From: a virus
Strand: one strand, 5' to 3'
IMG/VR virus record: IMGVR_UViG_3300028196_000007
Location: 1-64,000 of that record
DNA length: 64,000 nucleotides
Shown one piece after another: positions 32,575-41,393 of this stretch. Under the pieces are notes generated by a model. The model made no database searches and was not told the DNA's origin. It saw only the letters and a program-made list of their open reading frames with translations. The translations under genes were made by a program, and so were the position numbers. Position 1 is the stretch's first letter. Each line of letters starts with the position of its first letter.

Positions 32575-32772
32575 TTACAACACCTTGATTACATCAGATT
32601 TTTTAACTTCAACAACCTCAAATTCTACTGAGTCATTGGCAAAGTCTTTATTTACTATTGCTTCTGCATCCGTAACTGATACCGCTGAAACTAAATAAGC
32701 TTCTTTTTTCCAAGTAACCTTAGTTCCGTTGTCGGTCGCTACTTTAACTCTTGCTAAATAATACATATCCAT
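32575..32772 (-). CDS. DUF4494-like protein (Bacteroidota-associated)
   Basis: EAYLVSAVSVTDAEA..FEV motif. Confidence 0.75.
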   Translation of the reverse strand: MDMYYLARVKVATDNGTKVTWKKEAYLVSAVSVTDAEAIVNKDFANDSVEFEVVEVKKSDVIKVL

Positions 32773-32783
32773 AATTTTCTCCT

Positions 32784-33323
32784 TTATTTTCTTATATATA
32801 ATTTTTGATTTCTAATATACATTTTACCTGTAGGTATTTCTGTTAACTCTCTACCTAGCATATCGTATATTTTATTACTCATACAACAACTACATCCCAT
32901 TTGACATTCATATTCTAATATTGCAGTTGGTACTCCAATGTTGCTCATTAACATCCAAGCTTGTCCGTCCCATACTTGATTGAAACAACAACTCATTGTG
33001 TCAACATAACCTAATGAATCTGTTAAAGTATAAGATATACACGTTGTTATTGTATCATAAGGCATTCCTGTGGTTGGATTGTAATTGTATACTAAGTGTG
33101 TACAAGGACCACTAAAACAACTGTCTTGACCCAACATTGTTTGACCACCATAAGTTACAGCATACAAAGGTGCCATAGTAGGCAAACTATTTCCAGTTAC
33201 TGGTATTGCTATTTCTAATTGATATTGTGAGCCTATTGTGTAAGTCATGTTTGAATCACATAAGGTTTGTGCTTGTGTTTGTAGTCCAAGCGAAACTAAT
33301 AATACTGCTAATAATCTTTTCAT
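32784..33323 (-). CDS. Secreted protein with T9SS-type C-terminal sorting-like domain
   Basis: Signal peptide ending AQ; C-terminal KIYDMLGREL...G.MYI..K. Confidence 0.65.
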   Translation of the reverse strand: MKRLLAVLLVSLGLQTQAQTLCDSNMTYTIGSQYQLEIAIPVTGNSLPTMAPLYAVTYGGQTMLGQDSCFSGPCTHLVYNYNPTTGMPYDTITTCISYTLTDSLGYVDTMSCCFNQVWDGQAWMLMSNIGVPTAILEYECQMGCSCCMSNKIYDMLGRELTEIPTGKMYIRNQKLYIRK

Positions 33324-33367
33324 ATTTTATTCTTTTATTCTTTTTAAATTAATTTAATATAATAATA

Positions 33368-33587
33368 TCTATGCGGTTGGATTCGAACCAACAGTTTTTC
33401 AAGTACAAATTTGTAGGCTAAAAACTTAAAAAAAGCCTTATAGTTCCTGTACTCTTGAGGAACTCGGGGTCGTTGTTAGCGCCACCATAAACCTTAGTAG
33501 CTACAAGTAGCTTATAAAGGTTGCGTATCTCCAAGCTAATATATTCATGTTTTATATACATGTCAATTAGCATTCCGCCACGCATAG
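33368..33587 (-). ncRNA. Expanded tRNA-like RNA (220 nt)
   Basis: Acceptor CUAUGCG/CGCAUAG, U8-G9, D stem GCG/CGC with GG, T arm GUUGG-UUCGAAU-CCAAC; hairpin insertions in D loop, anticodon loop and variable region. Confidence 0.75.
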
Positions 33588-33593
33588 TTATTA

Positions 33594-34721
33594 TTATCCT
33601 ATTGGCACATCATCATTTCCGATTTCAATATCATCGATACCTAAATCATCTGTTTTGTATGCCATAATCAATGTTTCGCAAATCTTGTTATATATTCTCT
33701 CTTTCCTTTCGGGGTCAGAAAGTACTAACTTTTCAAAGTCTTTTGATAAAAACTTTATTTCTTTGCCTGTTACATCATCAGTATAAGTATACCAAGAACC
33801 GCCTTGTTTAATAAGGCTGTAGTCTTTTAACACCTGAAGCCAACCACCAAAGTCATCGATGCCTGATTCGAAATAAATATTAAATTCTGCTTCTCGTAAA
33901 GGTGGTCCCATTCTGTTCTTGACAACCTTTGCCTTTGTTTTAATACCTATAACTTGTTCTTTACCGTTAACCTTAGCTTTAATCTGTCCTGCTGCTTTCA
34001 ATCTTAATCTACAACTAGCATGAAACTGGATTGCTTTACCGCCTGATGTAGTATATTTGTCACCAAACATAACACCTAGCTTTTCTCTTAGCTGATTTGT
34101 AAATATCAAACATACTCTTTCTCTACCAATTAACTGAGTAATTTTTCTCATACCTTTTGACAACACAATTGCTTTTGACGTAGCCCAACCTTCTTTGTCA
34201 TAGTCTTGAGCCTGTTCAATTTTTGTTGTTGCTGCAGCTACTGAGTCTACTGCAATTGATACCAATCTATTTTTGTCTGATTCTTTTACTTTTAAGATTA
34301 TATTTTCAATAACCTCAAATATATCTTCTACAGCTTCGAGTTGAATATACAACATCTTAGAAATGTCCATTCCTATAGCAGTTAAAAACTCCTCATTCAT
34401 GGCATTTTCTGTATCTATGTATACTGCAAGGCCTCCTTGCTTTTGCGTGTTAGCGAGTAGATGAGCTGCAATGAGTGATTTACCAGAAGCTTCCATTCCA
34501 GTAATTTCTGTAATTCTACCTACCGGTAAACCACCATTAGCTCTATTTGAAATAGCTAGGTCAAGTAAAGATGAACCTGTACTTATCCATTCAGTTAAGT
34601 CAGTTGGTGTTTCATCTGCACCATCTAGAAAGTATGCAACTTTCATTCCTTTAAACTGTTTGTTTAATGAGTCAGCTAATACGCTGGCTAATTCATCTCG
34701 TTTTGTCTTATCCTTTGCCAT
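33594..34721 (-). CDS. recA: RecA/UvsX recombinase
   Basis: ISTGS..LD, GLPVGRI, GMEASGKS, DSVAA, FTNQLR, GGKAI.F, KNR. Confidence 0.93.
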   Translation of the reverse strand: MAKDKTKRDELASVLADSLNKQFKGMKVAYFLDGADETPTDLTEWISTGSSLLDLAISNRANGGLPVGRITEITGMEASGKSLIAAHLLANTQKQGGLAVYIDTENAMNEEFLTAIGMDISKMLYIQLEAVEDIFEVIENIILKVKESDKNRLVSIAVDSVAAATTKIEQAQDYDKEGWATSKAIVLSKGMRKITQLIGRERVCLIFTNQLREKLGVMFGDKYTTSGGKAIQFHASCRLRLKAAGQIKAKVNGKEQVIGIKTKAKVVKNRMGPPLREAEFNIYFESGIDDFGGWLQVLKDYSLIKQGGSWYTYTDDVTGKEIKFLSKDFEKLVLSDPERKERIYNKICETLIMAYKTDDLGIDDIEIGNDDVPIG

Positions 34722-34733
34722 GTTAATTTCCTC

Positions 34734-35486
34734 TTACTCGTTAAATAAATCATCAAATGCTGATTCAACATCTTTTGTTGATGATACGCCTGTTGCTGCA
34801 GCTGTTGATGTTTGAGCTGGAGCTGCTTCACCACCATCTGGGTTCAACCATTCTTCCAATACAGCTTTTAAGTCATCGTATGAATTTTTTCTAAAAATTT
34901 CAAAGATTTCTTTTTGTCCACTAACAATTTTATCTGCAATGTTTGCATCTGTTGTTGCTGGTGTCTGATTTGGTTTTACACGGATTGCAGTTTTAGGATA
35001 GTTCCCTACTCCTTCTGCTGGTGTGAATTCTACAGAGATATCTCTACCAGATTTTACATCTGTGATATCACCATAGTCTGGGTCTGAAATAAATCCTAGC
35101 AATTCAGTATATACCTGCTTACCAAATCCCCAAAATTTAACACCATCAGATTCTTCTCCTCTAACAATAACTGGCACATAACATCTCATTTTCGGTGATA
35201 GTTTTCTTGCCAATTTAAAGTCATCAGATTTACCTGTTGCTCTAAGCTTTTGTGCAAACTCTTCTACTGGGTCTGCTTCGCCATAAGTTACTGGTGATAG
35301 GTAATTCTTTTTACCTAAGTCATAGTGAAAATACATTTCAATAAACGGATTTTCTTTGTTGTGTTGGTAAGGTACAATTCTTACTTGGTTCTTACCTGGT
35401 TCAGGTTTCCACAAGTTGTCTTGTCTTCCTGTTTGTGTTTGTAAGTTATTTAACTTACGTCGGATTGCTTCTAAATCAATAGCCAT
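34734..35486 (-). CDS. T4 gp32-like single-stranded DNA-binding protein
   Basis: LWKP, VRIVP, V.FWGFGK, D.DYGDITD..GRD, acidic tail FDDLF. Confidence 0.8.
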   Translation of the reverse strand: MAIDLEAIRRKLNNLQTQTGRQDNLWKPEPGKNQVRIVPYQHNKENPFIEMYFHYDLGKKNYLSPVTYGEADPVEEFAQKLRATGKSDDFKLARKLSPKMRCYVPVIVRGEESDGVKFWGFGKQVYTELLGFISDPDYGDITDVKSGRDISVEFTPAEGVGNYPKTAIRVKPNQTPATTDANIADKIVSGQKEIFEIFRKNSYDDLKAVLEEWLNPDGGEAAPAQTSTAAATGVSSTKDVESAFDDLFNE

Positions 35487-35540
35487 TTTTTTCTCCTGTT
35501 TTTAATTATTATTTAGTTAATATAACAAAAATATTCCACA

Positions 35541-36557
35541 TTATAAAACTTTATGTAAACTATTTTTGTATTTTTTTAAGTAGCCTATTACAGCTATTTC
35601 CTTATGCTTTGCTTCGACAACCACATCGATGTCTAGACCATAGTCGTTGATTTCGTCTACAACTAAGTCTGAATGTGCTTGTACTTTTATTTTTTGAGAT
35701 TCCTTGTGTAGCTTTTCCATAGTAGGATATTCGGATAACTTTTCCATTGGTATATTACTGTTTTTAAGAAAAGTTTCAACTATGAGTCCTTGTTCTCGCC
35801 TACGTGATTCGGAATAATGAGTACAAGGTTTTACATCACCCCATGTAGATGCTGCTAGTTTTAGTGCTTGTTCTTCGGTAAGACCACCTGTACAGAATTT
35901 GTGGTGGTGATAATCGAATACAATAGGTATACCTGTATTTTGGAATACACCTGTATATAAATCTTGAACTGAATACATGCTAGCTTTGTCGTCGTTTTCC
36001 ACTGTTAACCTGGATTTTGCTGATTCTGATAATTTGTCGAAATTATTGCAAAACCTAACAAGAGCTGTTTCCTTGTTGCCATAAGCACCGCCAACATGTA
36101 TATTGATTTTTGCCATACGTGTTCGTGGTAAACCCATAAGGTCCATAATTTGAGCAGACTTATTAAGTTCGTTCCAAGCACCTTCTACTGTTTTTTGAGT
36201 TGGTGAAGCTAGCACTGTAAACTGGCCTGGGTGGAATGACAACCTTTGGCCATAACCTTGAGCCAAGTCGCCAGCTTGCTTTAATAGCACACATAATTCA
36301 TCGTAGCCAGGCAGGTCTGTAAATTCATATTCAGACATCCACGGATATATGTCACTAGACATACGGAATACTTTTATTCCATTGTCCTCATTCCATTGAA
36401 TAATCTTGATTAAGTCTTTGGTATTTGCTATACACAATTCTGACACATAGTCTAGACCTTTTGCATCGAATGTTCGCCTAATCATTGAGCGGCCTGTGTA
36501 TATACCTTGTTTTCGTAAGTGCATGTTTATACATGCGTATCCTAATTGCTTTGCCAT
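35541..36557 (-). CDS. uvsE: UV damage endonuclease
   Basis: LGYACIN, FRMSS, RLSFHPGQF, IHVGG, ENDD, FDYHHH, HYS, HSD, EAKxKE. Confidence 0.92.
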   Translation of the reverse strand: MAKQLGYACINMHLRKQGIYTGRSMIRRTFDAKGLDYVSELCIANTKDLIKIIQWNEDNGIKVFRMSSDIYPWMSEYEFTDLPGYDELCVLLKQAGDLAQGYGQRLSFHPGQFTVLASPTQKTVEGAWNELNKSAQIMDLMGLPRTRMAKINIHVGGAYGNKETALVRFCNNFDKLSESAKSRLTVENDDKASMYSVQDLYTGVFQNTGIPIVFDYHHHKFCTGGLTEEQALKLAASTWGDVKPCTHYSESRRREQGLIVETFLKNSNIPMEKLSEYPTMEKLHKESQKIKVQAHSDLVVDEINDYGLDIDVVVEAKHKEIAVIGYLKKYKNSLHKVL

Positions 36558-36594
36558 ATTCTATAATATAATAAATTTTTCCGACATATAAAAA

Positions 36595-36939
36595 TTATTT
36601 CCATAATATTTGTATACAAACTAGTGTCGTTGCTAATACAAGTGAAACTGCAGTTTTTGTTGTTATACCTTCTCCCATAAAAATCCATGTTAATACAACA
36701 AACGATATCATTCCTGTGCCAAAGCCTATAAATCTGCCTGGCCAAAGCAAGCCATCAAAGTGAGCTACAACATGTTTGGTAGCAAATATAAACATATAGG
36801 ATATTATACTTCCCATGCCTATTGATAAAATTATTGGATTTTTTTCGAACCATTTCCATATGAATTGGCCGTTTGTCTGGAACCAGATTAGAGACTGGCC
36901 CGCGAAGAATAGTACTATTGCTAGTGTCAATTGTTTCAT
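36595..36939 (-). CDS. Small 4-TM membrane protein (DMT/SMR-like topology)
   Basis: Four hydrophobic segments; GE-x-TTK near the C-terminus. Confidence 0.55.
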   Translation of the reverse strand: MKQLTLAIVLFFAGQSLIWFQTNGQFIWKWFEKNPIILSIGMGSIISYMFIFATKHVVAHFDGLLWPGRFIGFGTGMISFVVLTWIFMGEGITTKTAVSLVLATTLVCIQILWK

Positions 36940-37041
36940 TCGTTAATTATTATTCGTTATTACTTATTTATATATAAATATACACAAATTATCCGAGATA
37001 TAAAAATTTTTTGATGTTTTTTTTATAAAGTTATTAACAAT

Positions 37042-37443
37042 TTATTTTTTAACTTTTATGTATATAACTTCTTTTACTGATGTATCTATTCTTCTCAAGC
37101 CTTCATCATTTGTTACAAGTATTGAGTTTCTATAGTTATCCCATTCTAATTGAAAGCGAGTATCTAAAACACCATTGTTGCATATTTTTATACATTCATT
37201 TAATGCGTTTATTGTATATAAAGTGTTTGTCTGCTTTTTTCTATGTAAAGAAATAGTATCAGGTATTATCTCTATTTTGTTTGTCGAGTCTATATTATAT
37301 GTACACATCAACTCAGACTTGTTCTCTTCGTTATTAAGTATAAACAACTTGTTATATAATATGTCGTATGTGTCGACAATTCTATCTATAGTTTTTGTAA
37401 GAAACTTTGATTTTGTAAATGTGCATAGTAATTGTGATTTCAT
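37042..37443 (-). CDS. Conserved-looking phage hypothetical protein
   Basis: LLCTF, HRKKQTNTLYTINALN. Confidence 0.65.
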   Translation of the reverse strand: MKSQLLCTFTKSKFLTKTIDRIVDTYDILYNKLFILNNEENKSELMCTYNIDSTNKIEIIPDTISLHRKKQTNTLYTINALNECIKICNNGVLDTRFQLEWDNYRNSILVTNDEGLRRIDTSVKEVIYIKVKK

Positions 37444-39479
37444 TATATCTTTCCTAATACTCTTCTTCCAGGTATTATACTACCACCACTTACTGAAAAT
37501 GATAGTGTTGATTCAGAGCCTGAACGGAAGTCTACTTGTGTATATTTTGTTCCATTTTCTGATATTGAATGTAATATCCATGCTTTAACAGAGCAATGCC
37601 CTGCTCCTTGAATAGAAGAGTCAACAACAACGCCTGGAATATATTTGCCATCTTTAACAGCATCATTCATTGTCATAGCTTTTAATCTGTCTTCTCTAAA
37701 TTCTTTACCACTTTTAAGAAATTCGTAAGCTTTTCCACTAGGGTCTGCTCCATAAACTTTAAATAAAGGTAGTTCGGTTCTACCAAAATACATTTCTTTT
37801 TCTAGCTCAACAAATTCTTCTAATACTTTTGATACGTCTTTTATACTTCCTTTAGAGCTTTTTAACATAGCATTAAGATGCTGATACCCCATTACGTTTA
37901 TCATAATTTTTAGCACATATTTTCTGCCTTCATCTACACTTGATATTGACATTTTTTTAGGACCTGCTGATTGTGATGTTCTGTCTATTCCATCATCTGG
38001 AGCATCTAACATCTTTGACAACGTACTCCATTCACTGTTAGCAAGACTTAACAACATATCGATTTCTTTGTAGTTATTCTGCATTGCAAGTTTAGAACAC
38101 ATTTCAGCATAAGCGTTATATGAATATTTCTGCTTTGCCTCTTTAATTAGTTTTGATGAAGTGTTAAATCTTTTTTTCATAAAAGAATTTAATTTAGGTG
38201 TAGGCTTTGTTGTTTTCATACTTAGTTTTTTAACAATTCCACCACTAAAGTTTTTAATTTTATCTTTTGCCTTTACTATCAAATCTGTAAATGTATCTTT
38301 AATAAATTTTAATCCCTGCTTAAAGTAATCTCCTAGGCCTTCGCTTAGAATAAATTTTGATTCTTCGTATTTAAGTATTTCGTTTGTAAGCTGGAGTCTC
38401 CACGTATCACCTGGTGATTTTGTACCATACATATCTCTAAAGCTTCCAACAATTCTACCTAGTTGTGCGCCACCATCAGATTTTTTATTACTTATCTGAT
38501 AGAATTCATCACCTGATTCTGTGGTACATTTACCATTACTATCAAACGTAACTTTATCTTTTGCAATATTTGCAATTAGTGTTGCTGGCTGTGATTTTGT
38601 AATAATTGTGTCTGCTGTATTATCTTTAAATCCTTTTGAATCTAGATTTTCATTTCCATATCCTGAACTATAAAACTTATTTATACTTTTATGTATAAAA
38701 TTCCAGCCTTTACATCCGTGAGCCTCTGCAAATTTTTGTACGCCTATTGCTAATTGTAGAGCTTGTAATAAATCTGGTATAGCTGTTAGCTTGCCTTTTA
38801 ACTCACTGCCTCCTGCAGATTCACTTCCTAGTGCGCCTTCAAATGCAGATATTGCAGCTTGTTGGTCCGCGAGTGTCACATTAGGATTCATTATTTTATT
38901 ATAGTGAGATACAGCATCGAAATACAGACCTGTACATGCAGCTGACTCTAGTGTTTTTTCGTTCCAGCTTACGTTAGATGAGCTCTTACCTTTGCCAACT
39001 TTACCAAACATTTGTTTAGCTGCAGCCTTTGATGCTGTAATTTTATATACATCGCTACCTGATTTTACATAAAATGTAATACCTGAACTTATATTAACTT
39101 CGATTGCATTGTCAACAGGTGGTGATTTGAAGAACGGTCCTTTAGGTGCAGTAACTCCGCCTTTTGCAAATAAAGAATCTGTATTTTTAATTGAAACAAA
39201 TTCAGTTCCAACAGAGTATTTATCTTCATATACAGAAGCTTCAGTTAGTAAGCTTTCTTTACTTACTATTTTTCCAACCTCTACACAAAATTGTTGGAAT
39301 CTCTTTTCATCTCTATATGGATTTTTTATACTATCAATATACGCGGATATAAAATCGTCGGAATATTTGTAGTCTCGTAAGACCGCTTCAAGTAACTCAA
39401 GATGATTTCTATTTTTTGGGTCAGGCATTCCGTCATTTACTCTATATGCCCAATCTGTAATTAAATGATTTATATTCAT
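37443..39479 (-). CDS. Large late protein, possible virion-packaged nuclease-fold effector
   Basis: N-terminal WAYRVxxGxPD segment, LLTE site, DNTAD...ISNK; class B promoter. Confidence 0.4.
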   Translation of the reverse strand: MNINHLITDWAYRVNDGMPDPKNRNHLELLEAVLRDYKYSDDFISAYIDSIKNPYRDEKRFQQFCVEVGKIVSKESLLTEASVYEDKYSVGTEFVSIKNTDSLFAKGGVTAPKGPFFKSPPVDNAIEVNISSGITFYVKSGSDVYKITASKAAAKQMFGKVGKGKSSSNVSWNEKTLESAACTGLYFDAVSHYNKIMNPNVTLADQQAAISAFEGALGSESAGGSELKGKLTAIPDLLQALQLAIGVQKFAEAHGCKGWNFIHKSINKFYSSGYGNENLDSKGFKDNTADTIITKSQPATLIANIAKDKVTFDSNGKCTTESGDEFYQISNKKSDGGAQLGRIVGSFRDMYGTKSPGDTWRLQLTNEILKYEESKFILSEGLGDYFKQGLKFIKDTFTDLIVKAKDKIKNFSGGIVKKLSMKTTKPTPKLNSFMKKRFNTSSKLIKEAKQKYSYNAYAEMCSKLAMQNNYKEIDMLLSLANSEWSTLSKMLDAPDDGIDRTSQSAGPKKMSISSVDEGRKYVLKIMINVMGYQHLNAMLKSSKGSIKDVSKVLEEFVELEKEMYFGRTELPLFKVYGADPSGKAYEFLKSGKEFREDRLKAMTMNDAVKDGKYIPGVVVDSSIQGAGHCSVKAWILHSISENGTKYTQVDFRSGSESTLSFSVSGGSIIPGRRVLGKI

Positions 39480-39509
39480 AGTTATCCCTTTATCTATATA
39501 AATATCAAA

Positions 39510-40520
39510 TTAGAGGTCCAAAGACCTCATATTGTGATAGTCTCTACCTATTTTAAGCTTAGTAGGAAAAACCATTAGTTTCTTTATTTCCTTTAAAATT
39601 TCTTTTCCATCATCTGAACTAATATCAAATACAAAAGCATCGTATACATAAAGAATCATCTTGCTAAATTTATTTTCTAACATATCTAAAATATTTTTTA
39701 GATTTTCAGAATTCTTTTCTGTTTCGAATGCTTGTATAAAATAGTTAAATAATTTTTGAGGATTCATATCCTTAAAATTTCTTTTATAAAACCTTCGCTT
39801 TAAAATTGGTGTTTCTATATAACCTTTACTATTATAAATATCCCACAACTTAAAAATATAATCATTAGTCTTGCTGAAATATTCTATATGTAAAAACTCT
39901 TTTGGAATACCTCCATATAGTATTTGAAAACTTATTTTTTTAGAGTCATTATATTGCTCATCGGTTAGGTTATCTGTGTCGAAATAAAGTTTACCTAGAT
40001 ATTTGTGGAAACTACCTTCTGGCTGTTCTATGCCTATAAGCTCTGCAATTAGTCTAAGATGATACGCGTCATAGTCAAGCTCTGCAATAATACCACCTTG
40101 ATGCCTGCTTATGTATTTCATTCTTGTGCCGTCTTCTTTATTAAGAGCAGCATAGTTTATACCATTTTTAGAGTTGGAAGGTCTGCCTGTAGTTGTGAAT
40201 ACGTTGTATTTTGTATACTCAAATCCATCTTCAGTCCACAAGCCGCTTTCTTCAATTTTTCTAAAAGTATTAACAACATTATCATTATAAGATTGAAATA
40301 TGCTATCAGACACATCAGGAATCGCATGCGATATAGCGTTTAAATGGTCTTTTTCTTCTCTAATCTTGTTAGAAGGTATAATGTCATATATGTTATATCG
40401 ATCACCGTAAAGCCTTTTATAAAAAGTGTTTATAGGCAAATCTAGACTATGAATATCTATAGACTTGTTATTGTGTAGATAGTGTTTTATTTGTATTTTA
40501 TTTCGAAGTTCAGATAACAT
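39510..40520 (-). CDS. Short, divergent family A DNA polymerase domain
   Basis: TTGRPS..N, DYDAYHLR (motif A), KxxxFxxLYG (B), NYxIQ, VYDA (C). Confidence 0.8.
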   Translation of the reverse strand: MLSELRNKIQIKHYLHNNKSIDIHSLDLPINTFYKRLYGDRYNIYDIIPSNKIREEKDHLNAISHAIPDVSDSIFQSYNDNVVNTFRKIEESGLWTEDGFEYTKYNVFTTTGRPSNSKNGINYAALNKEDGTRMKYISRHQGGIIAELDYDAYHLRLIAELIGIEQPEGSFHKYLGKLYFDTDNLTDEQYNDSKKISFQILYGGIPKEFLHIEYFSKTNDYIFKLWDIYNSKGYIETPILKRRFYKRNFKDMNPQKLFNYFIQAFETEKNSENLKNILDMLENKFSKMILYVYDAFVFDISSDDGKEILKEIKKLMVFPTKLKIGRDYHNMRSLDL

Positions 40521-40555
40521 GTATCTAATATAACAAAATTATCTGAAATATAAAA

Positions 40556-41386
40556 TTATTTAGGTAGTTTTATTTTTGGCCTGTAATATGGGTCGTCGTT
40601 TACATCATATATATATTTTGCGCACCAATAATTATCTCTAACTTCTGCGTCAAATTTTTCACAAACTCCATTTTCATAAAAAAAGCAATTTGCACAATTT
40701 TGATTAGGAGGCACCAAAGCGTTAACTTGTTCAGTTCCTAAGTTGCCTATCTGAAATGCTGCTGGTAAATTTGTAGGTACTAGCATTTCCCCTCCTTCGT
40801 ATATTCTTCTACCATCAGGACTTGTAGATACGCCTTTAGGGTTTGCTGGCCAATTCATATAGTCTGTAGGTAGTACAAATTTATGAATATTTTTTATTGT
40901 CTGCTTCGCTTCCAATATTGCCTCATAATTAAGCCCTACAGCTTTTGTAGAAATTTTTAATTTTATTTCTACCCATAATAAGTTTTTATGATAAGGTGTG
41001 CTGTCTTTTTTAAAGTACTTATACTGCTCTTTGTCAACCTCGCATATTGCGCCTGTATTTTGTACTTCTGTAAAATATCTAGTATACTCACCTTTTTCTA
41101 TTTCTTTTTCTGTAAGTTTGTGTTTATAAGGAACAGGTTCCCTAAAGTTTCTATTATACTCAGGCTTTATCTCGTCATATAAAATGTTGTTTTTAGATGC
41201 CTGAAATGGATACAGCCGCATATTTTTCTGTACTTCTTTTGTCATTGACTCACCACCAAAAGGGTTGCCAGCATAGAATACTATCGGACCTATATATTCT
41301 GCAATTCGACCTTTTTTATCTTTTGTCATCCACTCTTTACCTGGAGTAAATCCTTTCGTAATATATTTCTTTTTATATACTCTCAT
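40556..41386 (-). CDS. Hypothetical protein with C-terminal HiPIP-like 4-Cys domain
   Basis: QNCANCFFY...CEKF...V...YWC. Confidence 0.55.
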   Translation of the reverse strand: MRVYKKKYITKGFTPGKEWMTKDKKGRIAEYIGPIVFYAGNPFGGESMTKEVQKNMRLYPFQASKNNILYDEIKPEYNRNFREPVPYKHKLTEKEIEKGEYTRYFTEVQNTGAICEVDKEQYKYFKKDSTPYHKNLLWVEIKLKISTKAVGLNYEAILEAKQTIKNIHKFVLPTDYMNWPANPKGVSTSPDGRRIYEGGEMLVPTNLPAAFQIGNLGTEQVNALVPPNQNCANCFFYENGVCEKFDAEVRDNYWCAKYIYDVNDDPYYRPKIKLPK

Positions 41387-41393
41387 GATAAAC

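Noticed and set aside
33368-33587. tRNA-Leu with a group I intron, or a canonical tmRNA
   Set aside because: The extra sequence is split over three sites and too short, with no recognisable P7 core; there is no G3-U70 pair and a D stem is present
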